Virus record (IMG/VR): IMGVR_UViG_3300043748_000050
Coordinates: 1-64,000 of that record
Source of the DNA: a virus
Taxonomy: Duplodnaviria > Caudoviricetes
Direction: 5' to 3' (one strand)
DNA: 64,000 nucleotides
Shown here: positions 9,401-18,900 of the stretch, in pieces
How the letters are laid out: every line of letters begins with the position of its first letter
How positions within the stretch are numbered: the first letter of the stretch is position 1
Program-made: the position numbers and the translations under genes
Notes under the pieces: generated by a model
What the model was told of the DNA's origin: nothing
Databases searched by the model: none
What the model saw: the letters and a program-made list of their open reading frames with translations, nothing else

Positions 9401-10910
9401 GGTCAGCCACTGGAACTCGCTTTACAACGGCCTGGCAGGCGCCTACGGGTCCCTGCGCTCCCACGTGTTCAACCCGATCGGGAGCTTCTTCACCTCCACG
9501 ATCCCGGGCTGGGCGGGCAGCCTGCGCAACTCGGTGATGAGCCGCTGGAACTCGTTGTACTCCGGCCTGCTCAGCATCTACGGCTACATCCGGGACCGTG
9601 TGTTCTCCCCGATCGGGCGTTTCTTCACCTCCACGATCCCCGGCTGGGCCAGCACGCTGTCGAGCAAGGTCAAGGGATTCTTCAGCTCGATGCGCGACGG
9701 CATCGGCTCCATCTGGCAGGGGATCGAGAACAAGACGAAGACGCCCATCAACTGGGTGCTGTCGCACGTCTGGAACAACGGGATCGTCTCCATCTGGAAG
9801 AAGATCACCGGGTGGATCGGCATCGGCAACGCGCTGGGACCGGTACGGCTGCTTGAGGCCGGGGGCACCGTCGGCGGGCCGTCCGGAATCTTCAACCGGC
9901 CGACCGCCATCGTCGGTGAAGGCAATCCCTCCCACCCCGAGTACGTCATCCCCACCGACCCCAAGTACCGGGCCCGCGCGCTCGCACTGTGGAAGCAGGC
10001 GGGGGCGCACTTCTACGCGGGCGGCGGCATCCTCGGCGACATCGGCAACGCACTGTCCTCGGCCGCCGGCTCGGTCATCAATTTCGGAAAGTCCGCGCTG
10101 GACTTCCTCACCGATCCGATGACCGTGGCAAAGAAACTGATGAGCGGCCCGCTGGACTCCCTGTCACACCTCGGCAGCTCGCCCTGGGCGCAGATGATCG
10201 AGAAGCTGCCGCACATCGCCGTGGACGGCCTCATGCAGGCGGTCAAGAAGATCGGCGACAGCGTCCTCGGAGCGGCCGGTGTCGGGTCGGCCGGCGGGGG
10301 CGGAGTGCAGCAGTGGGCCCCGGTCACGCGGATGATCCTGCGCGCCGTCGGCCAGCCTGAGTCTTTGCTCGGTATCACGCTCAAGCGGATGAACCAGGAA
10401 TCGGGCGGCAACCCGACCATCGTCAACAAGACGGACTCCAACTGGCTGGCCGGAACGCCGTCCGTGGGCCTGATGCAGGTCATCGGCCCGACGTTTCGGT
10501 CCTTCGCCGGGCCGTACAGCGGCGTCGGCCCCTTCGAGTACGGGGTGTCCGTCAACCCAGCCGCCAACATTTACGCCTCCATGCGCTACGCCCTGGCGGC
10601 GTACGGCGGCCTGGCCTCCGCCTACGGCCGGGCAGGCGGCTACAGCCTCGGCACCGACGGCGCGACGGCCGGCTGGCACTGGACCGGCGAGAACGGGCCC
10701 GAGTTGATGAAGCTTCCGGCAGGGACCCGGATCCGCTCCGCCCGTGACTCGAGTCGTCTGGCTGCGGCCGCTGTGGAGTCCGTCCACCTGACCGTGGAAA
10801 ACCACGGGGTACTCGGCTCGCGACGCGACGTAGAGGACTGGCTCGTGGCGACCCTGGACACGCTCAGCCGGCAGCGACGCCTCCCCCGGGCGCTGGGAGG
10901 GACGACCTAG
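6492..10910 (+). CDS. Tape measure protein with C-terminal lytic transglycosylase domain
   Basis: About 1470 aa; TP901-like core; W/F periodic repeats (FFTKTIP); QESGGNP...SVGLMQ...NIYASMRY SLT motif. Confidence 0.93.
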   Translation: METGLTAVVGRGVVEILPDFKKWGAELSTQMKTARSQLDGTAAGLKKSAATVGGAMASVGKGTTALGLGVAAVSVKMASDFQAHTAVLQTAAGETSKGLAVVRQGIKDIAVGTGTGIQNLTDGMYTIEKAGYRGSAGLMVLKAAAQGAREENAKLSDVTNAMTSVMASYHLKATDSVRVMNGMKTAAGEGKITMEEFSGALSTVLPIASANHIAFEDIAGSMATLTQHGTTAREATHELAATIRALASPNNVASREMARFGLSAVDVSTHLGQRGLSGTVNLLSETILKQMGPAGTRLQKVLEGTKQSGQDVQIMLKNMPDAVRGLAQQYLTGSVSAHDFAKAAKEVSVENKPLLRNFVTLVDRNRGFSRELKNGGPAMQTYTDALKKMSGGAIGLNTILQLTGENAKGNAERISKVGKSFHDSSKSVEGWKQTSKLLSVQLDRMKMQFQVLAIDLGTKLIPVISAVVGFFAEHRSILMAVAVAMGVFLAATSAAYIGLKLYAAYTKIATAATLLWNLATQEGGAGILLLRGQLAALFVWEKLQATWTGIVTAAQWAWNAAMTASPIGLIIVGIGLLVGAIVLIATKTRWFQELWSAIWGFIKAPVMAFVGWLKNNWQLVIWGILTGGIGIAVAEIVRHWAGIKHAFSATIDWIKKAVPEAYHAVIDWFQRMGSDIGGFFSKLPGQLGRFFSALPGEIGGFFSGLWKSVSSFFSKLPHEIASTTANWGHALESGGEDLISGLFHGATTFFTKTLPGFFKTIWHGIVDFFKAVFGIHSPSTVMADLGVNLMMGLFNGMLKIASTLVSFLNTHVVQPMVGFFTKTIPAAASWMARQVVAFWQNELTGLHGIWNFIQKYVVNPLIWVFTKAIPTAASWMADQIVGTWMYEYRGILVIWGWLQKYVINPLGTFFTKTIPDWASWMRNEVVSLWQSTYTGLSTIWGWIRKYVLDPIGNFFTKTIPDWAGSLRNLVVSHWNSLYNGLAGAYGSLRSHVFNPIGSFFTSTIPGWAGSLRNSVMSRWNSLYSGLLSIYGYIRDRVFSPIGRFFTSTIPGWASTLSSKVKGFFSSMRDGIGSIWQGIENKTKTPINWVLSHVWNNGIVSIWKKITGWIGIGNALGPVRLLEAGGTVGGPSGIFNRPTAIVGEGNPSHPEYVIPTDPKYRARALALWKQAGAHFYAGGGILGDIGNALSSAAGSVINFGKSALDFLTDPMTVAKKLMSGPLDSLSHLGSSPWAQMIEKLPHIAVDGLMQAVKKIGDSVLGAAGVGSAGGGGVQQWAPVTRMILRAVGQPESLLGITLKRMNQESGGNPTIVNKTDSNWLAGTPSVGLMQVIGPTFRSFAGPYSGVGPFEYGVSVNPAANIYASMRYALAAYGGLASAYGRAGGYSLGTDGATAGWHWTGENGPELMKLPAGTRIRSARDSSRLAAAAVESVHLTVENHGVLGSRRDVEDWLVATLDTLSRQRRLPRALGGTT

Positions 10911-13757
10911 ATGGCTATCGCCTTCCGCTCCGTCTCCGCCCGTCTGAAGGCCGACGTCGGGATCTCCGGGGCCAGCCAGAACGTCGCCCTGCCGGCGGGT
11001 CACGTCAGCGGCGACTACCTGCTGCTGTTCATCCTCACCGACGACAAGGCCAACACGACCGTGGCCCCGGCGGGCTGGAGCCAGCTAGCCCGGCTGGCAC
11101 CGGGGACGTCCACCCAGGTGCCGTACTACGCCTCGCCCCGGCTGGTGGTGTACAGCCGCGTCGACAACGGCGCGCTGGGCTCCACCGTGCCGCTCACCTT
11201 CAGCTCGGCGCTGTGGCCGGCCGGCAGTCCGTGGGTCATCGCGTTCACCGCCGCCTACAGCGGCGTGGACACGGCCGCGCCGATCGAGCGGTGGCGGTGG
11301 GAGACCACGCAGCTGTCCCTCGCCGCGCTGGACGCCCCGATCATCACCACGACGACGCCGAACGACTGGCTGCTGACCTTCCGCGCCTCGTCCGCCTACG
11401 CGGCGGCCACGTTCACCGACTCGGTCGCCGCCGACGCCGAACGTGTCGATGACACCGACGGCTTCAACGAACTCAGCCTGGCCCTGTACGACTCGAACGC
11501 CGCGTTGACGTCCGGCACCCAGACGACGCGCACCATCACGTCCAGCCGGGCCAGCGACTACGGCACGGTGGAGCTGAGCATCGCGCTGAAGGCTCCCACG
11601 GCGTCCGGGAACACGGTCGCAGCGCCGCCCGAGGCCGACGTGGCCACGACCGCCTACGCCCCCACGGTCGTCACCGAGGACGGGCCCTGGGCGCTGTGCG
11701 ACGACAGCGGGCTTCCTACCTACCAGTTCGCCATCGACTGGGACGGCCTGCCGGGTCCGCTCAACAGCAATCCGGACTTCGAGCAGGACGGCGGCTGGAC
11801 GGCCTACAACGGCGCCGTGTACGCCAGGGACCAGACCCGCGCGCACCGGGGCGTGTGGTCGGGTCTGTTGACCACCGGAGCCGGCGGCGGCCCGCACATC
11901 GAGTCGGACAAGGCGCAGGTGACCGGGGGCCGGCTGTACCGGGCGTCGGGCTGGGTGTGGGCCCAGTCGGCGTTCCCCGCAGGCGTCGGCTTCTCCGTGA
12001 ACTTCTACGACGCGGGCGGCGGGTACCTCACCACGTTCTCGAACTTCTTCGTGCCGCCGGTGGGCGCCTGGCAGTACGCGGACGGCTTCTTCCCCGCCCC
12101 TGCGAACGCGGCCCTCGCGGGCATCCTGCTGGACACCAGCGGCACGCCGGGCGCCGGCCTGCGTATCTGGGGTGACGAGATACGGCTGGACGACTGGTCG
12201 GCGCTGAGCGATCCGGCGCAGGTCGTCGGCGCCGGCGAGGACGTCACCGGGGACATCATCTCGGACATCACGATCACGTACGGCCGGGATCAGGAACGCC
12301 AGCTCGCGCCGGCGGCCGTCGGCAACTCGGCCTTCAGCCTGATCAACACGGACCGCCGGTACTCCCCGGAGAACCTGGACAGCCCGCTGTACGGGGACAT
12401 CGACCCGGCGCGGACGATGCGGGCCACCGTCGTGTGGAACGGCGAGACGTACCCGCTGTTCCGGGGACGCATCGACGACTACACCGTAAAGACCGACTTT
12501 TCCGACCGCACGGTGGACCTGTCCTTCCTGGACGGCATGAACGATCTGTCCGGGGAACAGCTGTCGACCGGGGTCTACACGTCGCTGCGCACCGGCGACC
12601 TGATCAATGCTGTGCTGGACGCGGCGGGGTGGACCGGCGGCCGCGACATCGACCTGGGTGCCACGGTGGTCAGGTTCTGGTGGCTGGACGGCACCGACGC
12701 CCTCACCGCCGTTCAGGACCTGGTCAAGAGCGAAGGCCCGCCGGCCGTCGCCTACGTGGCCCCGGACGGCACGTTCGTCTTCCGGGACAGGCACCACCGG
12801 TTGCAGCGCCAGGACTCCCTCACGGCGCAGGCCGTCTTCCACGCGGGCGCCCTGGGCGAGTGCACCGACGAGGGCGTGCCGCAGGGAGCGTTGAATCTCG
12901 CCCGGCCGTTCTCGTACGCCCACGGCTGGAAGGACATCGTCAACTCGATCATGTTCGACACGTCGGTGCGGACCGTCTCGGCGGGCCTGACGCAGGTGTG
13001 GCAGGACACCACGACGTACGCGTTGGCCCTCGGGCAGTCGGTGGACCTGAACGTGTCCAGCTCGGACCCGTTCGTCAACGCCGTCACCCCGGTGGTGGGT
13101 ACGGACATCGCCGCGTCCGGCCCGGGAGTGCTGGGCGTGCTGCTCAGTCGGACGTCGGGGGCGTCGGCGAAGGTGACGTTGCAGGCCGTGGGCGGGGCCG
13201 TGACGGTCACCTCGGTGCAGGTGCGTGCGCAGCTGGTGCCGGTGACGCAGACGGTCCGGGTCAGCATGCAGGACGCGGGGTCGATCACGCGGCACGGGAC
13301 GCGCACGTACCCCAACGACGCCCCGTGGGCGGGGCCGGAGGACGCACGAGCCATCGCCGACAAGGTGCTGCTGCACTACGCGCAGCGTCGGCCCACGGTG
13401 CAGATCCGCCTCATGTCGTCGGACCCGGCGCACCTCGTGCAGGTGCTCCAGCGCACGATCAGCGACCGGGTGCACATCACCAACGGCGAGATGGGCCTGG
13501 ACGCGGATTTCTTCGTGGAGCGGGTGCAGCACACGATCCAGCGCACCGGGAGGGCCGGGCGGGCGCCTGTGCACGCGGTGGTCCTGTCCTGCGAGAAGGA
13601 CCTGGACACAGCCGTGAACCCCTTCCAGTTCGACGTGCGCGGCGCGGGGTTCGACCAGGGCGTGTTCGACCCGTTGCAGGCGGATGACGTGAACTCAGTG
13701 TTCGTCTTCGACGATCCGGTCCAGGGCCAGTTCGACCTCGGGGAGTACGGGACGTGA
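10911..13757 (+). CDS. Large minor tail protein with carbohydrate-binding-like domain
   Basis: Follows the tape measure; NPDFE...W CBM-like segment; YPLFRGRIDD tail motif. Confidence 0.75.
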   Translation: MAIAFRSVSARLKADVGISGASQNVALPAGHVSGDYLLLFILTDDKANTTVAPAGWSQLARLAPGTSTQVPYYASPRLVVYSRVDNGALGSTVPLTFSSALWPAGSPWVIAFTAAYSGVDTAAPIERWRWETTQLSLAALDAPIITTTTPNDWLLTFRASSAYAAATFTDSVAADAERVDDTDGFNELSLALYDSNAALTSGTQTTRTITSSRASDYGTVELSIALKAPTASGNTVAAPPEADVATTAYAPTVVTEDGPWALCDDSGLPTYQFAIDWDGLPGPLNSNPDFEQDGGWTAYNGAVYARDQTRAHRGVWSGLLTTGAGGGPHIESDKAQVTGGRLYRASGWVWAQSAFPAGVGFSVNFYDAGGGYLTTFSNFFVPPVGAWQYADGFFPAPANAALAGILLDTSGTPGAGLRIWGDEIRLDDWSALSDPAQVVGAGEDVTGDIISDITITYGRDQERQLAPAAVGNSAFSLINTDRRYSPENLDSPLYGDIDPARTMRATVVWNGETYPLFRGRIDDYTVKTDFSDRTVDLSFLDGMNDLSGEQLSTGVYTSLRTGDLINAVLDAAGWTGGRDIDLGATVVRFWWLDGTDALTAVQDLVKSEGPPAVAYVAPDGTFVFRDRHHRLQRQDSLTAQAVFHAGALGECTDEGVPQGALNLARPFSYAHGWKDIVNSIMFDTSVRTVSAGLTQVWQDTTTYALALGQSVDLNVSSSDPFVNAVTPVVGTDIAASGPGVLGVLLSRTSGASAKVTLQAVGGAVTVTSVQVRAQLVPVTQTVRVSMQDAGSITRHGTRTYPNDAPWAGPEDARAIADKVLLHYAQRRPTVQIRLMSSDPAHLVQVLQRTISDRVHITNGEMGLDADFFVERVQHTIQRTGRAGRAPVHAVVLSCEKDLDTAVNPFQFDVRGAGFDQGVFDPLQADDVNSVFVFDDPVQGQFDLGEYGT

Positions 13758-14107
13758 TGACGGTGGATGAGTCGGTGGCTCGCGCGTACGTGTACAGCGG
13801 CGACTGGGTGGCGGACTGCCCCCGGGAGGGCTGCGCCAACGTGGAGCACCTGTACAGGCCCTCGAGGCGGGGCGGTCCGAGGGACGCGCCGATCGGGTTC
13901 TACCTGTGCTCGTACTGCGGGGCCCAAGGGGACGTCGCATGGCCTGACAACCGGCTCGAGATCCTCGCGGTGCTCTCCCGCCGGCCGCTACCGGCTACGC
14001 GGAACTGGTACCCGACCGACCACCCGGTGGCGCTGCGTTTCGGACTGCCGCACGGCCAGTCGGTGCGGGATCTCGCCGACGAGAACGAGGCTCACGGTGT
14101 GCGCTGA
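13754..14107 (+). CDS. Hypothetical Zn-binding protein
   Basis: Coupled start; CPREGC...CSYC. Confidence 0.6.
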   Translation: MMTVDESVARAYVYSGDWVADCPREGCANVEHLYRPSRRGGPRDAPIGFYLCSYCGAQGDVAWPDNRLEILAVLSRRPLPATRNWYPTDHPVALRFGLPHGQSVRDLADENEAHGVR

Positions 14108-14200
14108 GACGAGGTCGACGCGACCGTGCGGGGGTCAGAAGATGTTAGCCGCACTAACTGTTAGACCCGAAAATCCGCAGGTGAACAACCCGAGAAAGAA

Positions 14201-14289
14201 TCTGTACCCGCTGTACCTTCTTCGTCGGTTAACCAAAATTCTGGCCTCGTATAAGGGTTATACGACACTGCGGGTACACCGGGTACAGA
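14201..14289. repeat. Inverted-repeat element (ori-like), copy 1
   Basis: TCTGTACCCGCTGTACC...GGTACACCGGGTACAGA 17-bp inverted repeat with 1 mismatch around an AT-rich core; homologous to 61375-61461. Confidence 0.7.
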
Positions 14290-14336
14290 AACTGAGTCGT
14301 TTCGATAAGGCCCTTCCGGAGGGTGGCTGAAAGCCG

Positions 14337-14879
14337 ATGGCCTGGACCGCACCCATGACCGCCGTCGCAGGCTCCACCTTCACGGCGGCCCAGTTCAACG
14401 CGAACGTCCGCGACAACCTCAACCAGACCGCGCCCGCACTGGCCACCACGGCGGGCCAGTACTTCGTCGCCACCGGCGCCAACGCGATAGCCGCCCGGTC
14501 CGTGGGCCACGCCACCGTCGCCACCTCCGAGACGTCCACCAGCACGTCCTACGCCGACGTCGCCACCGTCGGACCGACCGTGACCGTGACCACCGGCACC
14601 GCCGCCCTGGTCCTGCTCAAGTGCGCGTTCGACAACGCCACGGCCAACGTGGGTACCTTCATGGGCTTCGCCGTCTCCGGCGCCTCGTCCGTCGCGGCCG
14701 CCGACGCCAACGCAATCAACATCGCCGGCCTGGCCGCCGCGTCCCGCGCCCGTATCGGCGGCGCGTTCTGGGTCACCGGACTGACCGCCGGCTCCAACAT
14801 CTTCACCGCGAAGTACAAAGTCGCCTCGGCCTCCACGGGCACCTTCACGCAGCGCGACATGACCGTCATGGGGTTCTGA
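14337..14879 (+). CDS. Minor tail / fibre paralog 1
   Basis: MAWTAPMTAVAGS...VRDNL; Thr/Ser/Ala-rich. Confidence 0.75.
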   Translation: MAWTAPMTAVAGSTFTAAQFNANVRDNLNQTAPALATTAGQYFVATGANAIAARSVGHATVATSETSTSTSYADVATVGPTVTVTTGTAALVLLKCAFDNATANVGTFMGFAVSGASSVAAADANAINIAGLAAASRARIGGAFWVTGLTAGSNIFTAKYKVASASTGTFTQRDMTVMGF

Positions 14880-15187
14880 TGGCAGCCCAACCGCTCAAGA
14901 CCTACGCGCTCGCCCTGTGGGGCGCCCAGAAGACCGTCGCGCAGGCGATCGGCGGCGTGGACATCCGCGTCCTGCCGCTCCAGCTCCGCGTGGTGCTCGT
15001 CCTGACCGATCTCAGCGTGGCCCTGGTGATCCAGGCCCTCGTCAACGCGGGGATCGTCACCGACGCGCAGGTGCAGGCGAAGCTCACCGAGATCAGCACC
15101 AGCACCTACAAGCGGCTGCCCGACCGTCTGCGCGCGCCGGACCCCGAGCAGGGCTACGACCCACCCGACCCGGACCTGGGGGCGTGA
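14879..15187 (+). CDS. Hypothetical protein
   Basis: TGATG coupling; MAAQPLKTY... Confidence 0.65.
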   Translation: MAAQPLKTYALALWGAQKTVAQAIGGVDIRVLPLQLRVVLVLTDLSVALVIQALVNAGIVTDAQVQAKLTEISTSTYKRLPDRLRAPDPEQGYDPPDPDLGA

Positions 15188-15188
15188 G

Positions 15189-15737
15189 ATGGCCTGGACC
15201 GCACCCATGACCGCTGTGGCCGGCTCCGTGTGGACGGCCGCGCAGTTCAACACCCACGTCCGCGACAACCTGATGGAGACCTGCCCGGCCAAGGCGTCGA
15301 CGTCCGGCAGCTACTTCGTCACCACGGCGCCGAACCAGATCACCGAGCGCCAGGTGGTGCAGGCCGTCAACAACTCCACGGACACTACCTCGAGCACCTC
15401 GTTCGTGGACCTGGACAACACCCCCGGTCCGTCCCTGACCGTCACCACCGGGTCCACCGCACTGGTGGTCATCGGGGCTCGCATCGGCGGCAACACGGTC
15501 GGCGCCACCAACGCGACCAAGATGACGTGGCAGGTGGACGGGGCTACGACGATCGCCCCGGCCAACGAGTGGAGCGCGGGCCACACCAACATCAGCACGT
15601 CGGCCGTCGTCTACGTCTCCCGGGCGTACCTGGCGACCGGACTCACGCCGGGCTCCAACGTCTTCACGTGCAAGTACAGCGTCAGCGGCGGCACCGGCAC
15701 GTTCCAGTACCGGTCCATCCTCGTGATGCCGTTCTAG
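15189..15737 (+). CDS. Minor tail / fibre paralog 2
   Basis: First 26 nt identical to paralog 1. Confidence 0.75.
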   Translation: MAWTAPMTAVAGSVWTAAQFNTHVRDNLMETCPAKASTSGSYFVTTAPNQITERQVVQAVNNSTDTTSSTSFVDLDNTPGPSLTVTTGSTALVVIGARIGGNTVGATNATKMTWQVDGATTIAPANEWSAGHTNISTSAVVYVSRAYLATGLTPGSNVFTCKYSVSGGTGTFQYRSILVMPF

Positions 15738-15747
15738 GGGGCCGACG

Positions 15748-16293
15748 ATGGCATGGACCGCGCCGTACACGGCCGTCGCCGGCTCCGCAGTCAGGGCCGC
15801 CGACTTCAACCAGTTCGTCCGCGACAACCTCAACGCCACCGAGGCGGCACTGGCGCAGACGCCCGGCAGCATGATCATCGGGGCCGGTGCGAACACGGTC
15901 GCCGAACGCGTCCCGGCCGCGCAGTTCATCAGCACGTCCGAGTCGACCTCCAGCACGTCCTACGCGGACCTCACCACCGTCGGTCCCACGGTGACCGTCA
16001 CCACCAGCACGGCCGCGATCGTCTGCGTCGGCGGCCGCGTCGGCCCGAACACCTCCGGTGCCACGAACTCCACCAAGATGAGTTGGGCCGTCAGCGGCGC
16101 CTCGACCGTCGCGGCGAGCGACTCGTGGGCGGCCGGCCACGTCAGCATCAGCACCAGCGCGGTCGTCTACTCCTCGCGCTGGTACCTGCTCACCGGACTC
16201 ACGCCGGGCTCCAACACGTTCACGGCGAAATACGCGGTCAGCGGCGGCACCGGGACGTACCAGTACCGCTCACTCCACATCATCCCCCTCTGA
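15748..16293 (+). CDS. Minor tail / fibre paralog 3
   Basis: MAWTAPYTAVAGS; shares TGLTPGSN.FT.KY. Confidence 0.75.
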   Translation: MAWTAPYTAVAGSAVRAADFNQFVRDNLNATEAALAQTPGSMIIGAGANTVAERVPAAQFISTSESTSSTSYADLTTVGPTVTVTTSTAAIVCVGGRVGPNTSGATNSTKMSWAVSGASTVAASDSWAAGHVSISTSAVVYSSRWYLLTGLTPGSNTFTAKYAVSGGTGTYQYRSLHIIPL

Positions 16294-16304
16294 GGCAGGG
16301 AGCC

Positions 16305-16628
16305 ATGGACTGGACCAGATACCTCACCCCGGGTCTCGGCGCGACGGGGCTGCTGACCATCGTCGTGGTCATGGTCCTGACGGGGAAGCTCCTTCCCAAG
16401 GCCGGGGTGGACGACCGCCTGAAGGACAAGGACCGGCAGATAGAGACCTGGCGGGCCGCCTACGAGCGCAGCATGGAGATTCAGAGCGAGCAGCAACGGC
16501 AGGTGTCCGCACTGCTCGAGGCGTCCCGCACAGCCACCCGGGTGATCGCGGCCATCCCACAGGCCGCAGGGCTCAGTACAGGGGGCGAGGGGAGGGGTCG
16601 TGAACTGGCTGCGGAAACTGATCAGTGA
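16305..16628 (+). CDS. Membrane protein (holin / lysis-cassette type)
   Basis: GGGAG RBS; N-terminal TM segment then coiled coil. Confidence 0.6.
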   Translation: MDWTRYLTPGLGATGLLTIVVVMVLTGKLLPKAGVDDRLKDKDRQIETWRAAYERSMEIQSEQQRQVSALLEASRTATRVIAAIPQAAGLSTGGEGRGRELAAETDQ

Positions 16629-16833
16629 ACTTCGGTCGCGTCGTCGACCCTCGTCTCCCTCGCCCGAGCTGCGCGAGGCCGAGCGCATCCGGACGTGGAC
16701 GGACGACCGTCTCGGAACGATCAAGAGCAGGACTCCTGAGATCCTGGGGGTCGCCGATCAACTCAAGCGACTGGGTGAGCAGAACGATTTCGCGGCCCGG
16801 CTCCGATCCGCCCTCGGGGGTCCAGGTGAGTAA
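16600..16833 (+). CDS. Small lysis-cassette protein
   Basis: GGAGGGG RBS; EQNDFAARLRSAL; lies between two membrane genes. Confidence 0.55.
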   Translation: MNWLRKLISELRSRRRPSSPSPELREAERIRTWTDDRLGTIKSRTPEILGVADQLKRLGEQNDFAARLRSALGGPGE

Positions 16834-17194
16834 CAGCTTCCTCGCGATGTACGAGGGGTTCACCACGTTCGTCGTGGTCTCCGGACTCACAATGATCATC
16901 ACGTACAGCCTGTCCTACCCGTGGTGGAGGTCGGGCCTGGGCCGGATGATGATCACTTACGCTTCGGCGGAAATCGCGATGTCTGCCATCCTGTGCTCGT
17001 CCATCGTCTTCCGGTACGGCCCGGAGTGGTTCCGGGGGCTGTGGTTCGGTCTCCAGGCCATCGTGGGGCTGACGTTCTGCGCTCAGACGACGGCCATCAT
17101 CCGTCTGCGCCGGGCGCGCGGACGGGCGGAGAGAACCGCAGGGGAAGGGACCACGGATCATGTCCTCGGAAGCACGGATACGGCAGATCATTGA
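16826..17194 (+). CDS. Putative holin (3 TM)
   Basis: Three hydrophobic segments; PWWRSGLGR motif. Confidence 0.6.
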   Translation: MSNSFLAMYEGFTTFVVVSGLTMIITYSLSYPWWRSGLGRMMITYASAEIAMSAILCSSIVFRYGPEWFRGLWFGLQAIVGLTFCAQTTAIIRLRRARGRAERTAGEGTTDHVLGSTDTADH

Positions 17195-17414
17195 CGACGC
17201 GGTGCGTGAGGCCACCGAGCCGCTGAAGAGGCTCGTGGACGGACTGCACGAGCGCCTGGCGGCCGTTGAGGGCAAGGACGGGCAACCGGACGCGGCGCCC
17301 CAGAAGCGGGCCGCACGCGGCCGTACAGCCAAGGCAGCGGCGCAGCCCGCCGACGTGATCGCCACGGCCGACGACACCGACACGGTGCCGGAGCAGCGCG
17401 GGGCGTCCGAGTGA
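17160..17414 (+). CDS. Hypothetical protein
   Basis: GGGA RBS; coiled-coil-like. Confidence 0.55.
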   Translation: MSSEARIRQIIDDAVREATEPLKRLVDGLHERLAAVEGKDGQPDAAPQKRAARGRTAKAAAQPADVIATADDTDTVPEQRGASE

Positions 17415-17794
17415 CCCCGTCCGTCGGGCGCATCGTCCACTACGTCAGCCACGGCACCCCGGTCCGCGAGGACGGCACGCCGGCGTACACCGCGCAGTGC
17501 CGCGCCGCCATTATCACCGAGGTCGGGGGCTGGCCCGAGGGCGAGACGTCCGAGGCTGAGCGGCGCAACATCGCCGTGCCGGTAGGCCTGGCCGTGCTGA
17601 ACCCCACGGGGATGTTCTTCCACTCCATCGCCGACGGCGGGTGCATGCAGAGCGAACTCGGTCACGAGGGTGGGTCGTGGCACTGGCCCGAACGCGTGGA
17701 GGCGCCACTGTCCGCGCCCGAGTGCATGTGCACGCCCGCCGGTGAGTGCGGGAAGTGCTGGGAGAAGCGGCAGCAGCGCGGGGCGTCCGAGTGA
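17411..17794 (+). CDS. Hypothetical phage protein
   Basis: PSVGRIVHY...AAIITEV...LAVLNPTG...WHWPER. Confidence 0.7.
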   Translation: MTPSVGRIVHYVSHGTPVREDGTPAYTAQCRAAIITEVGGWPEGETSEAERRNIAVPVGLAVLNPTGMFFHSIADGGCMQSELGHEGGSWHWPERVEAPLSAPECMCTPAGECGKCWEKRQQRGASE

Positions 17795-18876
17795 GAGTTC
17801 AGGTGTTCCCGGCGGACACCGGGGGTTGTGGGTTTTTCAGACTGATCTGGCCCGCGCAGCTGCTCGCGGCGGCCGGCCACGACGTGGAGATCCGCCCGCC
17901 CGAGGACCGAGGGCTGAAGCTGCGCATCGGGCCCGGTGACGTCGTCGACGACGTCCTGGACGTGGACGGCGTGGACGTCATGGTCTTCCAGCGGCTCACC
18001 CACCAGTGGATGGCCGAGGCCGTGCCGCTGCTGCGGTCCAAGGGCGTGGCCGTCGTCGTGGACGTGGACGACGACCTGTCCACAGTCCACCCGCGCAACC
18101 CGGCGTACAGATCGATGCATCCCCGCTTCGCCGGCAAGCTCGACCGCTCCACGGGTCAGGTCCACCGGCACTCGTGGCAGCACCTCGCCGCCGCGTGCCG
18201 GGAGGCGACGCTGGTGACCGTCTCCACGCCGGCGCTGCTCGAGCGGTACGCCCGGCATGGCCGGGGCCACGTCATCTACAACCACCTGCCGGACCACTAC
18301 TACGGCGTGCCGCACGAGGATTCCACGGTGCTCGGCTGGCCGGCCGCGCTCGCATCCCACCCGGACGACCCGACGGCCGTCGGCGGGGCCGTGGCGCGCC
18401 TCGTGGGCGAGGGAGCGACGTTCCGCGTCGTCGGCGACCCGGCGGGCGTCGGCGCCGCGTTCGGGCTCACACAGGACCCTCAGGGCCGTACCGGCGTCGG
18501 TGTGGAGGCGTGGCCTGGGGCCGTGGCGCAGGACGTCGGCATCGGCATCGCGCCTTTGGCGGACACTCGGTTCAACGCCGCGAAATCCTGGTTGAAGATC
18601 TTGGAGATGAGCGCTCTCGGTATTCCGTGGGTGGCGTCGCCCCGGGCGGAGTACAGCAGGCTGCACGCGATGGGGGCCGGCGTGCTGGCGGACACGCCTC
18701 GCCGCTGGTACCGCGAGTTGCGCCGATTGGCCGACAACGAGTCTCTGCGCGTCGAACAGGCCGAGGCGGGTCGTTCGATCGCCGAGGGTCTGAGGTTGTC
18801 GATCAATTCCTGGAAGTGGGCCGAGGCCTGGGAGCGTGCGTGGAATGCGCAACGCGCCCCGTCGCATGCGGCGTAA
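17791..18876 (+). CDS. Glycosyltransferase (GT-B / GT4-like)
   Basis: GCGFFRL..P, VVDVDDD and IGIAPL....FN.AKS.LK.LE...LGIP.VAS motifs. Confidence 0.8.
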   Translation: MRVQVFPADTGGCGFFRLIWPAQLLAAAGHDVEIRPPEDRGLKLRIGPGDVVDDVLDVDGVDVMVFQRLTHQWMAEAVPLLRSKGVAVVVDVDDDLSTVHPRNPAYRSMHPRFAGKLDRSTGQVHRHSWQHLAAACREATLVTVSTPALLERYARHGRGHVIYNHLPDHYYGVPHEDSTVLGWPAALASHPDDPTAVGGAVARLVGEGATFRVVGDPAGVGAAFGLTQDPQGRTGVGVEAWPGAVAQDVGIGIAPLADTRFNAAKSWLKILEMSALGIPWVASPRAEYSRLHAMGAGVLADTPRRWYRELRRLADNESLRVEQAEAGRSIAEGLRLSINSWKWAEAWERAWNAQRAPSHAA

Positions 18877-18900
18877 AGAACTCTTAATGTATCTGAACCC

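Noticed and set aside
6138-13574. Long minus-strand ORFs (6138-8090, 8220-10010, 11085-13574), and likewise 61635-63542
   Set aside because: Shadow ORFs of high-GC genes on the opposite strand, with no recognisable motifs.
14337-16293. Diversity-generating retroelement or shufflon
   Set aside because: No reverse transcriptase or invertase; the copies are full genes in direct orientation and differences are not adenine-specific.
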